In this document: piece by piece, positions 27,166 to 38,947 of the stretch | How the letters are laid out: each line of letters opens with the position of its first letter | Numbering within the stretch: the stretch's first letter is position 1 | The notes under the pieces: model-generated | The model's input: only the letters and a program-made list of their open reading frames with translations | Told to the model about the DNA's origin: nothing | Database searches by the model: none | Translations under genes and position numbers: made by a program | NCBI GenBank assembly: GCA_951406725.2 | Contig: OX597818.1 | Span: 78,368,001-78,432,000 of the forward strand | Source of the DNA: Octopus vulgaris | Lineage: Eukaryota | Direction: 5' to 3' | Length of the DNA: 64,000 nucleotides

Positions 27166-30067
27166 CTAGTGATCTGAGAAATAATAGTCAAATAATACGC
27201 AAGAATATTGGAATCACACACACTGCGGGTTGCCAAGGACATTGCCCAGAAAGGGTTGGGCTATGTGGAGTAGAAATTGGAATGCATTTTCATGATATCA
27301 TATTGTTCCATGTAATTCTCAAAGTTCAAAATAAATGTAGCCAAAGAGAAAAATTCTGTAACCTTTATTTTTTTCTTTTTAAAAATTATTTTACATTTAA
27401 AATGGAAAATGATTTTTGTGCTACTCTGGATTTCCCACATTGGAAGGATGAAATGCAAAAAGTTGATGCTTCGCGCTGTTTGAACTGTAGAAATTAATGA
27501 AATATCTTTAGGAATTTTGTTCGATGTTCTGATTTTGTCATTCCATTCCCTATAGATTTGATACAAGACCAGCAAATTTTTGAGGAGTGAAAGTCGGTTA
27601 TATCGACTCCAGTACTTGACCGGTACTAATTCTATCGACTTCGAAAGGAATTGTCGATCTTGGCAGCATTTAAACTCAGAACGTGAAGGGCCGGAGAAAT
27701 GCCTGTAAGTAATTAGTCCAACGCGCTATCGATTCTACCAGTTCACGGCCGTGTTCCCACTCAGATATAATGAGAAAAGTAACTAGGGATGGTGGTCATT
27801 GTTTCTTCCATGTTTTCTTCGTTGTTTATTAAAATTACTCATTCTTCAAGAGCTCTGTTAGGGGTTAGACGTAACATTGGTATAGTTAATATATGGAGAG
27901 TCAAGAATTAAGAAAAATGAAAACGATTCAATGAGATAGTGGTTCTGAGTATGAAGAACTACATAAAGTATTTGACATGCAGAATCGGAGGTAGCAAAAG
28001 CGACCTAAAACATTTACGTACCTCCTATTAAGGTAAATGGGTAGGAGTGGATTTGAGTGTTAGCTTTCGTGCTTTGAACAGAAGCTTTGTGTCACCTAAC
28101 TATAATTATTAGGGGCTGAATTATGTGTATATACATGCACATATATGTGTGGTGGGGGCTGGATTTGTGGTTGTGAGGGTGGATTTGTGGGGATTAGGTA
28201 GATTTGTGGGTGTGTGGGTGTAGAACAAAGTAGAGGAAAAGCGAAAGTAGGAATTACAGAAAATAAACAAATCTAGAGACCGGATTAAATTACTATTCTA
28301 AAAGTATCTCTTTCTTCCGTTCAGTCACGGAGGGAAGGGCGGACAGTTAATATTTTCCGAACGTCCGGAACTGATGGGAGGAAGGTGGAAGTTATCCACA
28401 AATCGAAAGGAGATCTATAACACAAGGAAGTCGACTAAAGTACATCTACGGTGGCTCCAAAGACTAGCTGGTGGTGTTAAACAGGGTGGCGTGTTAAGGT
28501 CACTATTTTATTTAGTATAAAACTGGTAATTTTGAATGCCATTCTTTTTTATCTTTCATTTATTTCAGTCATTAGACTGCAGCCACGATGGGGCACCGCA
28601 TCGAAGAATTTCAGTCGAAAAAATTAACACCATTACTTATTGTTTTCAAAGTCTAGAACTATCGACCTATTTCGCCAAACCACTAAATTGTCACCAGTTG
28701 TCAAATGGTGCGGGGACAAACATAAACAAACACATACACGCATGTATGAATAGGCAGTAGTTTGAAGTGCTCAGATAAAAGATGCAAGATATAAAAAAAA
28801 TGTTAAGGAGAATTCAAATAGGTTCACCAATTTATATAAACATATATTGCGCCATGGATCGGTGTATATCAGTTGTTAAATATACAAATGCATCTATCAT
28901 TAAAATATAAAAACATATTAAAAATCTATAAATACATACTGTATAATTTCGCGTAGAAGACGATCTTTAGATAAGACGAAGTCAAAATTTGTAAAAAAAA
29001 TTTACTGAATTTATTTCATATCTATAGTATAAGACGTCTGCTAAATTACAAAACAATTTGCGTACAGGCTAGCTTTTGCAATAACAGATATATTGTCATG
29101 TAAAGATGATGTTATAGCCATTTCTTTTTTACTTAATATATTTTAGAAATTAAAATAACCGAAATAACAAATCCGTTTCTATATCATGTTTTTTTCATAC
29201 ACACGTCGCCTAAAAGGGAACCTGATTCTTCTCCTTTACCAAAACTTTATCGCTATCATGATATCCGCTAACAACAATACTTTAATAGTGGTTCATATGA
29301 CTGAAATGTTCTAAACATTTACAGTCAGCTTGGTGTATTAATAACCATTTACCCATACTTCATATAGATCCTAAACAGTCTAGTCAAGTGAAATTTATAA
29401 TTATTTTATACCCATACCAATATGCACCCACCGGTAAAAATAAGAAAATTGAAAGTTATAGCAGTAGCCAAGAGTTCGAACAATTGTGTTGCTGCTAGAA
29501 CATTCGATGTTATCGAGAAGATGGTACGAGAGTGGAGAAAAAATGAGCAAAAATTAAGACAAGTACACAAACAAAAATGTGCAATGAGAAGGGGAAACGC
29601 TCGTTGGCCGAATTTGGAAAATGATGTAGCAGAATGGGTACTCCAGCAGAGACAAGATAGCTACATTGTGACACGAAATAGAATAACATCTTATGCCCTA
29701 AAATGGGCTAAATCATATAAAGAAGAAAATAAAGATCTTAAAGCAACAGTAGGCTGATACAATTGTTTTATGAACTGAAAAAATCTGGTAATAAGGGAGA
29801 AAATAAACATCGCCCCAAAACTTCCGAGAAATCTCGATCACAAAGCAACCAGTTTTCACCAGTTCATCATCGAGCGTCAGCTTTCATTGTTTCATATTGG
29901 AAATATGGATGAAACACCATTGAACTTTGACATGCTGGGTAATAAAACGGTAGATTTGAAAGGAGTAAAAACAGAGCACGTTAAAAGCACATGATATGAG
30001 AAAACGAAGTTTATGGCTGACGGTACAAAATTAAAACCCATGATTATTTTTAAACGTAAAACAAAGC

Positions 30068-30268
30068 ACAGTTCTATATTTAAGAGATGAGGAATTATGT
30101 ACATTATTTACATTTGACAGATATTTGTCCTCATCTTGTTTGTTGTTTACACAACGTTTCGGCTGATATATTATCCAGCCTTCATCAGGTGTCTTGGGGA
30201 AATTTCGAACATGGGTTCTCATTCCTAAGTCATTTTCGATGTTGTTGTTGTTATTGTTGTTGTTGTTG

Positions 30269-30343
<75 letters not shown>

Positions 30344-30443
30344 TCACTGCCTGGAATCGAACTCGGAATCACGTGCATATGGCGTAGTGGTTAAGAGCGC
30401 GGGCTACTAACCCCAAGATTCTGAGTTCGATTCCAGGCAGTGA

Positions 30444-30518
<75 letters not shown>

Positions 30519-30683
30519 TAATAATAATAACATCGAAAAATACCTTAGGAATGAGAACCCTAGGTTCGAAATTTCCCTAAGAAACTTTATGAAGGCTGGA
30601 GGGTATTTCAGCCGAAACGTTTTGTCAACAATAAACAAGATGAAGACAAATATCTGTCATTGGTAAATCATGTAAATAATGTA
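30068..30683. mobile_element. Non-coding PLE-derived inverted pair (tRNA-like head/(AAT)n/hammerhead module)
   Basis: The arms diverge from about 30370. The right arm begins at the tRNA-like head (TGGCGTAGTGG 30380, GTTCGATTCC 30425). Imperfect 11-bp TSD taaaacaaagc/taaaaggaagc. Confidence 0.88.
30148..30194 (-). ncRNA. Minimal type I hammerhead ribozyme
   Basis: Minus strand: GACAC-CUGAUGA-a-GGCUG-loop-CAGCC-GAAA-CG-UU^-GUGU. The catalytic core is intact. Confidence 0.8.
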
Positions 30684-31382
30684 TAAAAGGAAGCCCAAAA
30701 TAAATTCTCCTCCTGGCGTTTTTGTTCATTTTCACGCGAAAGGGTGGATGGACGAGAGTGGTATGAAATTATGGATTGATACAATTAAAAGATAAAATAT
30801 ACGTGTATGTGAATGTGTTTTCAAAGTGTCTCTGTTACCAAATTCACTCACAAGGCATCGGTCGTCCTAAGGGTTATAGCTGATGAAATCTGATACGGTA
30901 TCACACAGTGGGACTGAAATCGAAATCATCCTATTTCAATGTGAGCCACACTATCATGCCTGCGTCTTCTATTTGACTTTATCTTCTAAACATAGAAGCA
31001 AGTTAAAGCCTTAAATGAAAAGTTTATTTCTGAGAGACTATGTTCATATCCAAAATAAAATGTGATTCATAATCACTAAAATCTTCATGACTGACTCATT
31101 AAGTCAGAATGATTGTATAGGTAATTAGAGCTCTATTTTTAATGAGGCTCTATGAGTGCCAAAATTCATGTAACGGATGGTTATTTAATCTGGGTCAATA
31201 TTAACTATCTCCGCTAAATATGTATCTGCAATTGCCACAGACATGTAGGTCAAAGTATACGGTGCTTAGATGAGATAATAAATATTTTACAAATAACTAT
31301 AGAGTAGTATAGGCCATGTATATGCGGATGTATGTATGTATGTACGTATTTATATATATATATATATATATATACGTACATA

Positions 31383-31415
<33 letters not shown>

Positions 31416-31432
31416 TATAGTAAAGAAATATA

Positions 31433-31477
<45 letters not shown>

Positions 31478-32805
31478 TCACGTATATATTGTGCATATCT
31501 ATGTTTTAGAATTTATGTATAATTATATATTCACATATATATGTATGTATGTATTTTCTTTATAAGTACTCTTTCTAGAACGTGGGCGTTGGTTTCTAAC
31601 AAAGAAACAGAAGCTCCAAAATCGGAGTTTTGATTACAACAACGATAATTGCTGCATATTGAACTTTAAGGAAATCTTGCATATTTTTATTGTTCCGTTA
31701 ACAGATTATATCACTAAAGTTCGTATTAGTTAAATTCTTTCTTTGCTTTAAAATCTTAGCCCTACCAGATAGTCATTTAGACATTTCAAAAAAAGTTTTT
31801 AAAAATTTTTTAAAGTACACCAATGATTGTTGGTATAAATATAAATTTATAATCAAGGCGGATCAGCGTTAGATTTCGAAGCAGTAGTCCTTAGGTATTC
31901 TCCTTCTCACTAATTTTCGAAAAAGTGTTCACAACTGCAGTTCAGCTAAACATCTATGACTGCACATGTCTTATCTTTTCTGACCCAAATGCCAGATCTG
32001 TTTTGTTGCAATACTAGAAGTATTGATAGGGATGTTCCACCGATATTACCTATGTATGTATTTCTTAGTTTTTGTTTATATTGATCCCACGACAGTCTTT
32101 GCAGTGGATAGCATTACCAATTGTTTTAGCAATATCATATCCCCGTGGGAGATAGTACGTTGATGACATTTTGAGTAACTGCTGATAACATGGGTTTTAC
32201 CCTCCATAGAATGACACAACCAAATCTTGTAGTTACATCTTGGTATTTTAAGGGTCTTGTTGCTCCGTTTGTTCTTGAGATATTTTGCAGTTACATTCTG
32301 CTCCTGACTTACGAAAACAAACTTCAAGACATGAAATACTGTGAGGTAGCGGTCACGAGTCCAGAAGTGGCTGCACTCCCATCAATATGGTCATCTTTTT
32401 TCTAGTTTAAGGTGAACATACTTATGAAATGCCTATTTTGTGTAAGCACAAAAAAGTCCTGCTCTTCTGGGTTTGCAAGGAGGTTATCAGAATATTGATC
32501 GCTTGATTTTTCAATAATTGGCCAATGTATTGTTTTTGCTGCTACTGTTTATCACGTGCTCTCTGAGTAATATCATAGGCACTCAAAAGGTGCCTGCACT
32601 ACTCTTGAGCACATTCCCTAGAAATCTGCAGTCAGTGTCAGTATCTTGCAACTTTCATGTCTATTGAGCAGATATATTAGCGAGTTAGGTTCGTTCCATA
32701 AGCGTACAAAACTTGAAGTTGCATAGAGTTGAGTGAAACTGTTACTAAACACACTCACACATACACACACACACGCACACACACGCACGCACACACACGC
32801 ACATA

Positions 32806-33605
32806 CATAAAGTGTTGGGGTTTACATAAAATGGAACGATAAAATAAAAGGTATACACGGTATACATTAGAAAGAAGAGAAGTATTCATAGTATATGACA
32901 CCAGAAAAAGAGGTGCGGACAAGGATCGTGATGGGATAATCAAGGAACCCCACTATCCAAGATCAACCTGTGTACCAAGGACGAGTGCCCTCTCCAACTT
33001 CTTTCTTCCGACTCACAGGTCTACTCTGAGAGTGGTACCACCCACTCTTGCTATTTTTGCAACTTTCACCCACCTTTTGATAAATTCACTCGAGAGCAGC
33101 ATCTCCCTCTCCATCTTCACTTTCCTTTTCAAGTGAAACTTCAACAAATCGATGAGGGCTTTACCAAAGCGGGAAGTTTTTATCCTCATTCCTTTCAGCC
33201 TCGTCTACCAGACAACCTCCTTCACCACAGCCACCAGACAAAGGAAAACTGTCTTGCTTGCCCGATAAAAGGAAGGTGGCGGAGCAATCATCCTTATAGA
33301 GTCGGACGACAGCAGCTGTTCGACACAACTCTACAAGTCAGCAATGCCTAGATACTGAACGAGTGCATGCAGAACGGTTTCGTCGCTCTGCGAGCACCTC
33401 GGACAAACCCGTCTGACAGCACATCCATGTCTGTAGAGTTTATCCCGAACCGGTAGCGCACCCCACCCCCGGTAGCACTGCCAAGCCAAAAACATCTGGA
33501 AATTATCCATAACATGCACAGCAGCGTTGAAGGTCTGTGCCAAGCGGCTTTACTCTGGTACCATTTTGGCAGTTTTTGCACCAACTTGGCAGATAGGGGT
33601 CTCAT
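32806..33605 (-). mobile_element. Tx1/L1-clade LINE 3' fragment
   Basis: LAWQCYRG..ALPVRDKLYRHG..CPRCSQSDETVLHALVQ (zf-RVT). 32806-33180 is near-identical to 46516-46920. Confidence 0.82.
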
Positions 33606-33744
33606 ACCTTTAGTGATAATGGACTGAACGAACTGAACTGTAACTAATCTACAGCTAGCTACCTAATCAGGACTGCCACTTTACGTTGGCAAATAGATTT
33701 TACTCTATAGTACTGTTACAACTTCTCGCTCAGAGATTTAAGGC

Positions 33745-35040
33745 TAATTGTTTTCCTCTTTGTATATATATAAATTCTTTGCTAATTTAAATCTCTCTAT
33801 CACATTTCAGAGCACCTACAAAACAGTTAATTTTCTAGATGTTATTTTAGATTTAAAATCATCGGTATACTCGCTCTGCCATAAACCTAATCAATACCTC
33901 AGATACATTAACATAAACACTAATCATCATAAATGTACCTACGATAGTGTAACCAAAGGCGTATCTATCCGAATATCGGACCTCTCAGCCACGGAGGAAA
34001 TGTTCAATAGCCAAGCTAAATACTATAACCAGGCGCTAGCGGCTTCTCTCGGAAAATTTAATTCATAACTTTAAAAACATATCTCACCACTCAGTCCTGA
34101 GGAGGGGGCATGCCTCACCGATGGACACACAAACACTCCCACTATAGAAAGACGTACTAAACCCCCGCTAGAAACTTAGAAGGACCTCGACTGTGACGCT
34201 CTCATTTGCCCCGCGCTCAGCCACATAACACTCGATTGACACTCAAACTTATAAACAATGCTGAGTCTCGGGCTTCTCTTTTAACAGAAAATACAGATTA
34301 TACTTCCCCTATATTTCCTAATAAAAGTGAGGGAAGATCGATTCTCTGGTTTACTCTACCATTCGTTTTAAACGTTAAGGGCTTAGTCAAAAACTTTTTT
34401 ACAATTGTAGACTTTAACTTTCAACGTAACCATGAATACCATTCGATATTCAACAGATCTACTCTGAAATTATCCTACTCCTCTCCGGCCAATATAGAGT
34501 CTATTGTTTCCTCATCTAATAAGCGTAAACTTAATTCATACTGCCCAAATAACGCCCTCAGACAGAGCAGTCAAAATATATACAATCATAACATAAGTCA
34601 ATGTAGCGACAGAACTAAAACTGACCATGAAAGCATATACCGCACCTGTAACTCTAGCACTATAACCTGCATAAACCAAGATACGGATATCCTCACTTCC
34701 GAGAATGAACGAAGTACGGTTGAAATGAATATTTATACTAATACTACTACTTCTGTATGTGGTGTGTGTAGGGGACAATACGTATGGGAGCTTATATTGG
34801 GGGTGGAGTGGAAAATGGTCATTGAAAGAAACTGTCACCGAGTACAGTATAAAGAGAAAGATTTCAGAGACATGTAAAGCGTACTTCAATAGCAGCAGAT
34901 TATGCCTGGCTGAGAAAAGGGTGATTTTAAAGAGCATCCAGCATTCAGGCATTTACCTGAATAGCAGAAGTGAAATTTTTAATCCTTGCCCACATGGAAG
35001 GAAGTACATCCTATCATACCTGCGTGCCCCATCATGACTG
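33745..35040 (+). mobile_element. Decayed Penelope-like element (Naiad-type RT thumb, linker and EN C-terminus)
   Basis: Motifs VNFLDV..KPN..YIN..TNH, ILWFTLPF..NV, IFNRSTLKLSYS and LCLAEKRVIL..LNSRSEIFNPCPH.RK. Clade assignment is by recall of motifs. Confidence 0.75.
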
Positions 35041-35532
35041 GGATAACAAGTCCCTCAAATTTGACCCCCACCGATACCTGGGAGTCCGGCAGAGAGTTTG
35101 ACCAGAACATACACTAACGCACCCACAAACAAACACACGCGTCCCAGCATGGCGTGAATTTTTTCCACCACATTCAATATAACCTCCCACACACTGCATG
35201 CACACATAAATAGCCCTCGAATTCAACCAATACATAAAAGAAAGGAAACACACTAACGAACACGGATGCAAAGGTTATACATATAGTACCGCTACACACA
35301 TTCCATTTCCACAAGAACATAAACTTTAAAGACACACACATTTCCCACAAACTCTTTTCCAGAAAACTCCTCCCGATTTGCAACAAAACCACCCCCAGAG
35401 ACGATGTTTTGGTACCAAGGGACACAACTCTTAACTCAATCCTCTGCTCGATTCGTTCAACAGTAACCACAAATCAGGTGTGTCTATACAGCTCCAACAA
35501 TAGAGAGTAGTCGCCATATTTCATTTCATTTA

Positions 35533-35608
35533 GTCTATCTCTGATGAACGCAGGGTTACATAATCGGACTTTTGAAGCCCTAATGCGAAAGATCAACTAT
35601 AATAGATA
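35533..35608 (+). ncRNA. Probable degenerate hammerhead downstream of the PLE
   Basis: tctat-ct-CTGATGA-..gcaggg..loop..ccc.tgc-GAAA-G-atcaa-CTA-..ataga. Stem I has two mismatches next to the core. Confidence 0.45.
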
Positions 35609-36035
35609 TATAATATTGTAGACTTCGATTAATATACCCACTCTGCTGATGAGTGCATTTTTCCTAACTTACAGACTCTTGGGCGGCTTACATACACACA
35701 GACACAGACACACAAACACACACACACACCCACACACATTTATATACAGATAGATATATATATAATGCTTTATACTTGTTTCATTAGATTACAGCCATTC
35801 TAGGGTACTACCACCTTCAAGGGTTTAGTCAAACAAATCGACCCCAGTACTTAGTTTCTTAAGACTGGTTGTTATTCTATCGCCCCACGCCCTGTTGTCG
35901 GAGCACTGAGTTAAGGGACGTAAACAAACTGACACTGGATGTCAAGTGGTCAAGCTGTAGTAGTGGTGATGAGGAGGACAGAAACAAAAACATGGCGGGA
36001 CACATACATACATACATGCGTACATATATATATAT

Positions 36036-36113
<78 letters not shown>

Positions 36114-36261
36114 GGTTTAAGTAATTGAGATTCAAGTGAATTCTAATGAATTCACATGAATATGGTCCTTAACTAGGATGCACCGGAAATCTATATGGTG
36201 TTAACCATACGACAAGTGGGGTGATTACAAATAGGAAAAAAGCAACAAGAATGGATTAAAA

Positions 36262-36349
36262 TCTCAGTACAATTGTTTCGTACGAGGACATCTTTAATAA
36301 GCTACAAAAAATGCAGTAAATACAGATGGTTCGTACTCGTCAGCCGAAA
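36262..36349 (-). ncRNA. Mirror copy of the long-loop hammerhead
   Basis: Exact reverse complement of 36798-36885. Confidence 0.85.
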
Positions 36350-36797
36350 AAACATCAGAGAATTTCCAAACATCAAAAGGGGTAGATACAAAAGAGGGTG
36401 TAAGATTAATTGCATTGAAGAAAGTTCGATTCCGGGAGATCCGATGAAAGGTCTTAAACTTACAGAATTTGTGCATGTCTACATATAACTCATATTGAAT
36501 TGCTAATCAAGTTGTGTGAAGAAATTTCGGATACAGTCATGCGAAATTTCTGAAAATCCGAGTAAGAAGCAAAGTGACTGTCATATCGTGTAGAGGAAAA
36601 TCTGAGTAAGAAGCAAAATGACTGTCATATCGTGTAGAGGAACATATTGTTATTGAAATTTACAAGAATCGCAGATATGTTCGATTCTTGGAGATCCGAT
36701 GAAAAGTCTTTAACTTACAGAATATGTGCGATTCTTGTAAATTTTACACCCTCTTTTGTATCTACCCCTTTTGATGTTTGGGAATTCTCTGATGTTT

Positions 36798-36885
36798 TTT
36801 CGGCTGACGAGTACGAACCATCTGTATTTACTGCATTTTTTGTAGCTTATTAAAGATGTCCTCGTACGAAACAATTGTACTGAGA
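36798..36885 (+). ncRNA. Type I hammerhead ribozyme with long loop 2
   Basis: UUUCGG-CUGACGA-GUACGA-(~45 nt)-UCGUAC-GAAA-C-AAUU-GUA^-CUGAGA. All core nucleotides are present, with 6-bp stems I and II. Confidence 0.85.
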
Positions 36886-36911
36886 TTTTAATCCATTCTT
36901 GTTGCTTTTTT

Positions 36912-36957
<46 letters not shown>

Positions 36958-36958
<1 letters not shown>

Positions 36959-37285
36959 GTGGAGGAGCAATGGCCAGTGGTTAGGGCAGCGGACTCGCGG
37001 TGGTAGGATAGCAGTTTTGGTTCCCAGACCGGGTGTTGTGTTTATTGGTTTATTGAGCGAAATCACTTAAAGCACCACGAGGCTCCCTCAATTGAACCCT
37101 GCTGTACTCTTTCACCACAACCTTCTCTCACTCTTTTTTCTTGTTTCTGTTCTACCTGTATTTCAAAGGTATGAGCACACATATTTGTGGAGTGCTCAGC
37201 CATTTGCACATTAATTTCACGAGCAGGCTGTTCAGTTGATCGGATCAACTAGAACCCTCGTCCGCGTAACGGAGTACCACGACGA
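36958..37285 (+). mobile_element. tRNA-headed SINE (family C)
   Basis: Head TGGCCAGTGGTTAGGGCAGCGGACTCGCGG..GGTTCCCAGACCGGG, flanked by microsatellites. Confidence 0.65.
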
Positions 37286-37296
37286 TTTATACATAC

Positions 37297-37448
<152 letters not shown>

Positions 37449-37591
37449 GATCGGCTTCGTTCAGTTTTTACCCATGAAATTTACTTACAAGGCCATGGTC
37501 GGTCCAAGTCCATAGCAGAAGACATTTGTTCAAATTGGACTGAACCTGCAACCATGTGGCTGGGAAACAGACTTCTTACCACACAGTCATG

Positions 37592-37640
<49 letters not shown>

Positions 37641-38244
37641 GCGCGCAGGGGCATATATACATACACATGCACGTATATATACATATATATATATATACAT
37701 ACATATACACATATATATGTATTCTTGTGTATGTACTAATAGATATGCTAAGGCGAAACAAAGAGTGGAAGGGAGAAGGTGTTCAAGAATATAAAACAAA
37801 CAAGTGATAATAAGGATTATCATAGATTGCATAATTACGAACTAATTACATAGCATGTCCGGTTTCTATAAAGTAAATTATACGGAAGTTTTAGTGTACT
37901 ACTTCTCTAAAATTAGAACAGCGTTTCAAGAATACATTTACTGTCAAAATTATTTATCAGCATAAATTTATTTATTGCTTCAGTTTATAATAAAAACGTT
38001 GTACACATACAAACACAAACGCACCCAACTACCAACGCCTCCTCACATACATACATACATACATACATACAACCGCGCGCGCACATACACACACATATAT
38101 ACACACATATAGTTATGTCATATTCCGTTAGAAATGTGGTAGAGTACAGTATAAAGCTCGTCCACCTTCAGAATTGCCCAGTACTATCGGTAGTATTAAT
38201 GTATACTTCCAAGCTTAAATTTGAGTATTCCTAGTGTGCGACTA

Positions 38245-38847
<603 letters not shown>

Positions 38848-38872
38848 GTTGTTGTTGTTGTTATTATTATTA

Positions 38873-38946
<74 letters not shown>

Positions 38947-38947
<1 letters not shown>

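Larger units (their letters stand above)
28936..30785 (+). mobile_element. pogo-family (POGK-like) transposon, decayed, split by a PLE-type insertion
   Basis: TIR-like TACTGTATAATTTCGCGTAGAAGACG. Contains BrkDBD/HTH KLKVIAVAK..NNCVAARTFDV..VREWRK, IGNMDETPLNFDM and ADGTKLKPMIIFKRKT, resuming after 30683 with KGWMDESGMKLWI. Confidence 0.88.
36231..36916. mobile_element. Young fold-back element: ~173 bp near-perfect inverted arms, each with a hammerhead
   Basis: 36231-36403 is the reverse complement of 36743-36915, with about 1 mismatch by eye. The right end abuts (TA)n and the spacer has internal direct repeats. Confidence 0.9.

Noticed and set aside
28360-28425. Hammerhead-like CTGATGG...GAAA
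   Set aside because: Core A9 is missing and no coherent stem I or III can be drawn.
30375-30446. Functional tRNA gene (ACT anticodon)
   Set aside because: Acceptor and T stems pair poorly and the sequence is embedded in a repeated mobile module, so it is treated as a tRNA-derived promoter.
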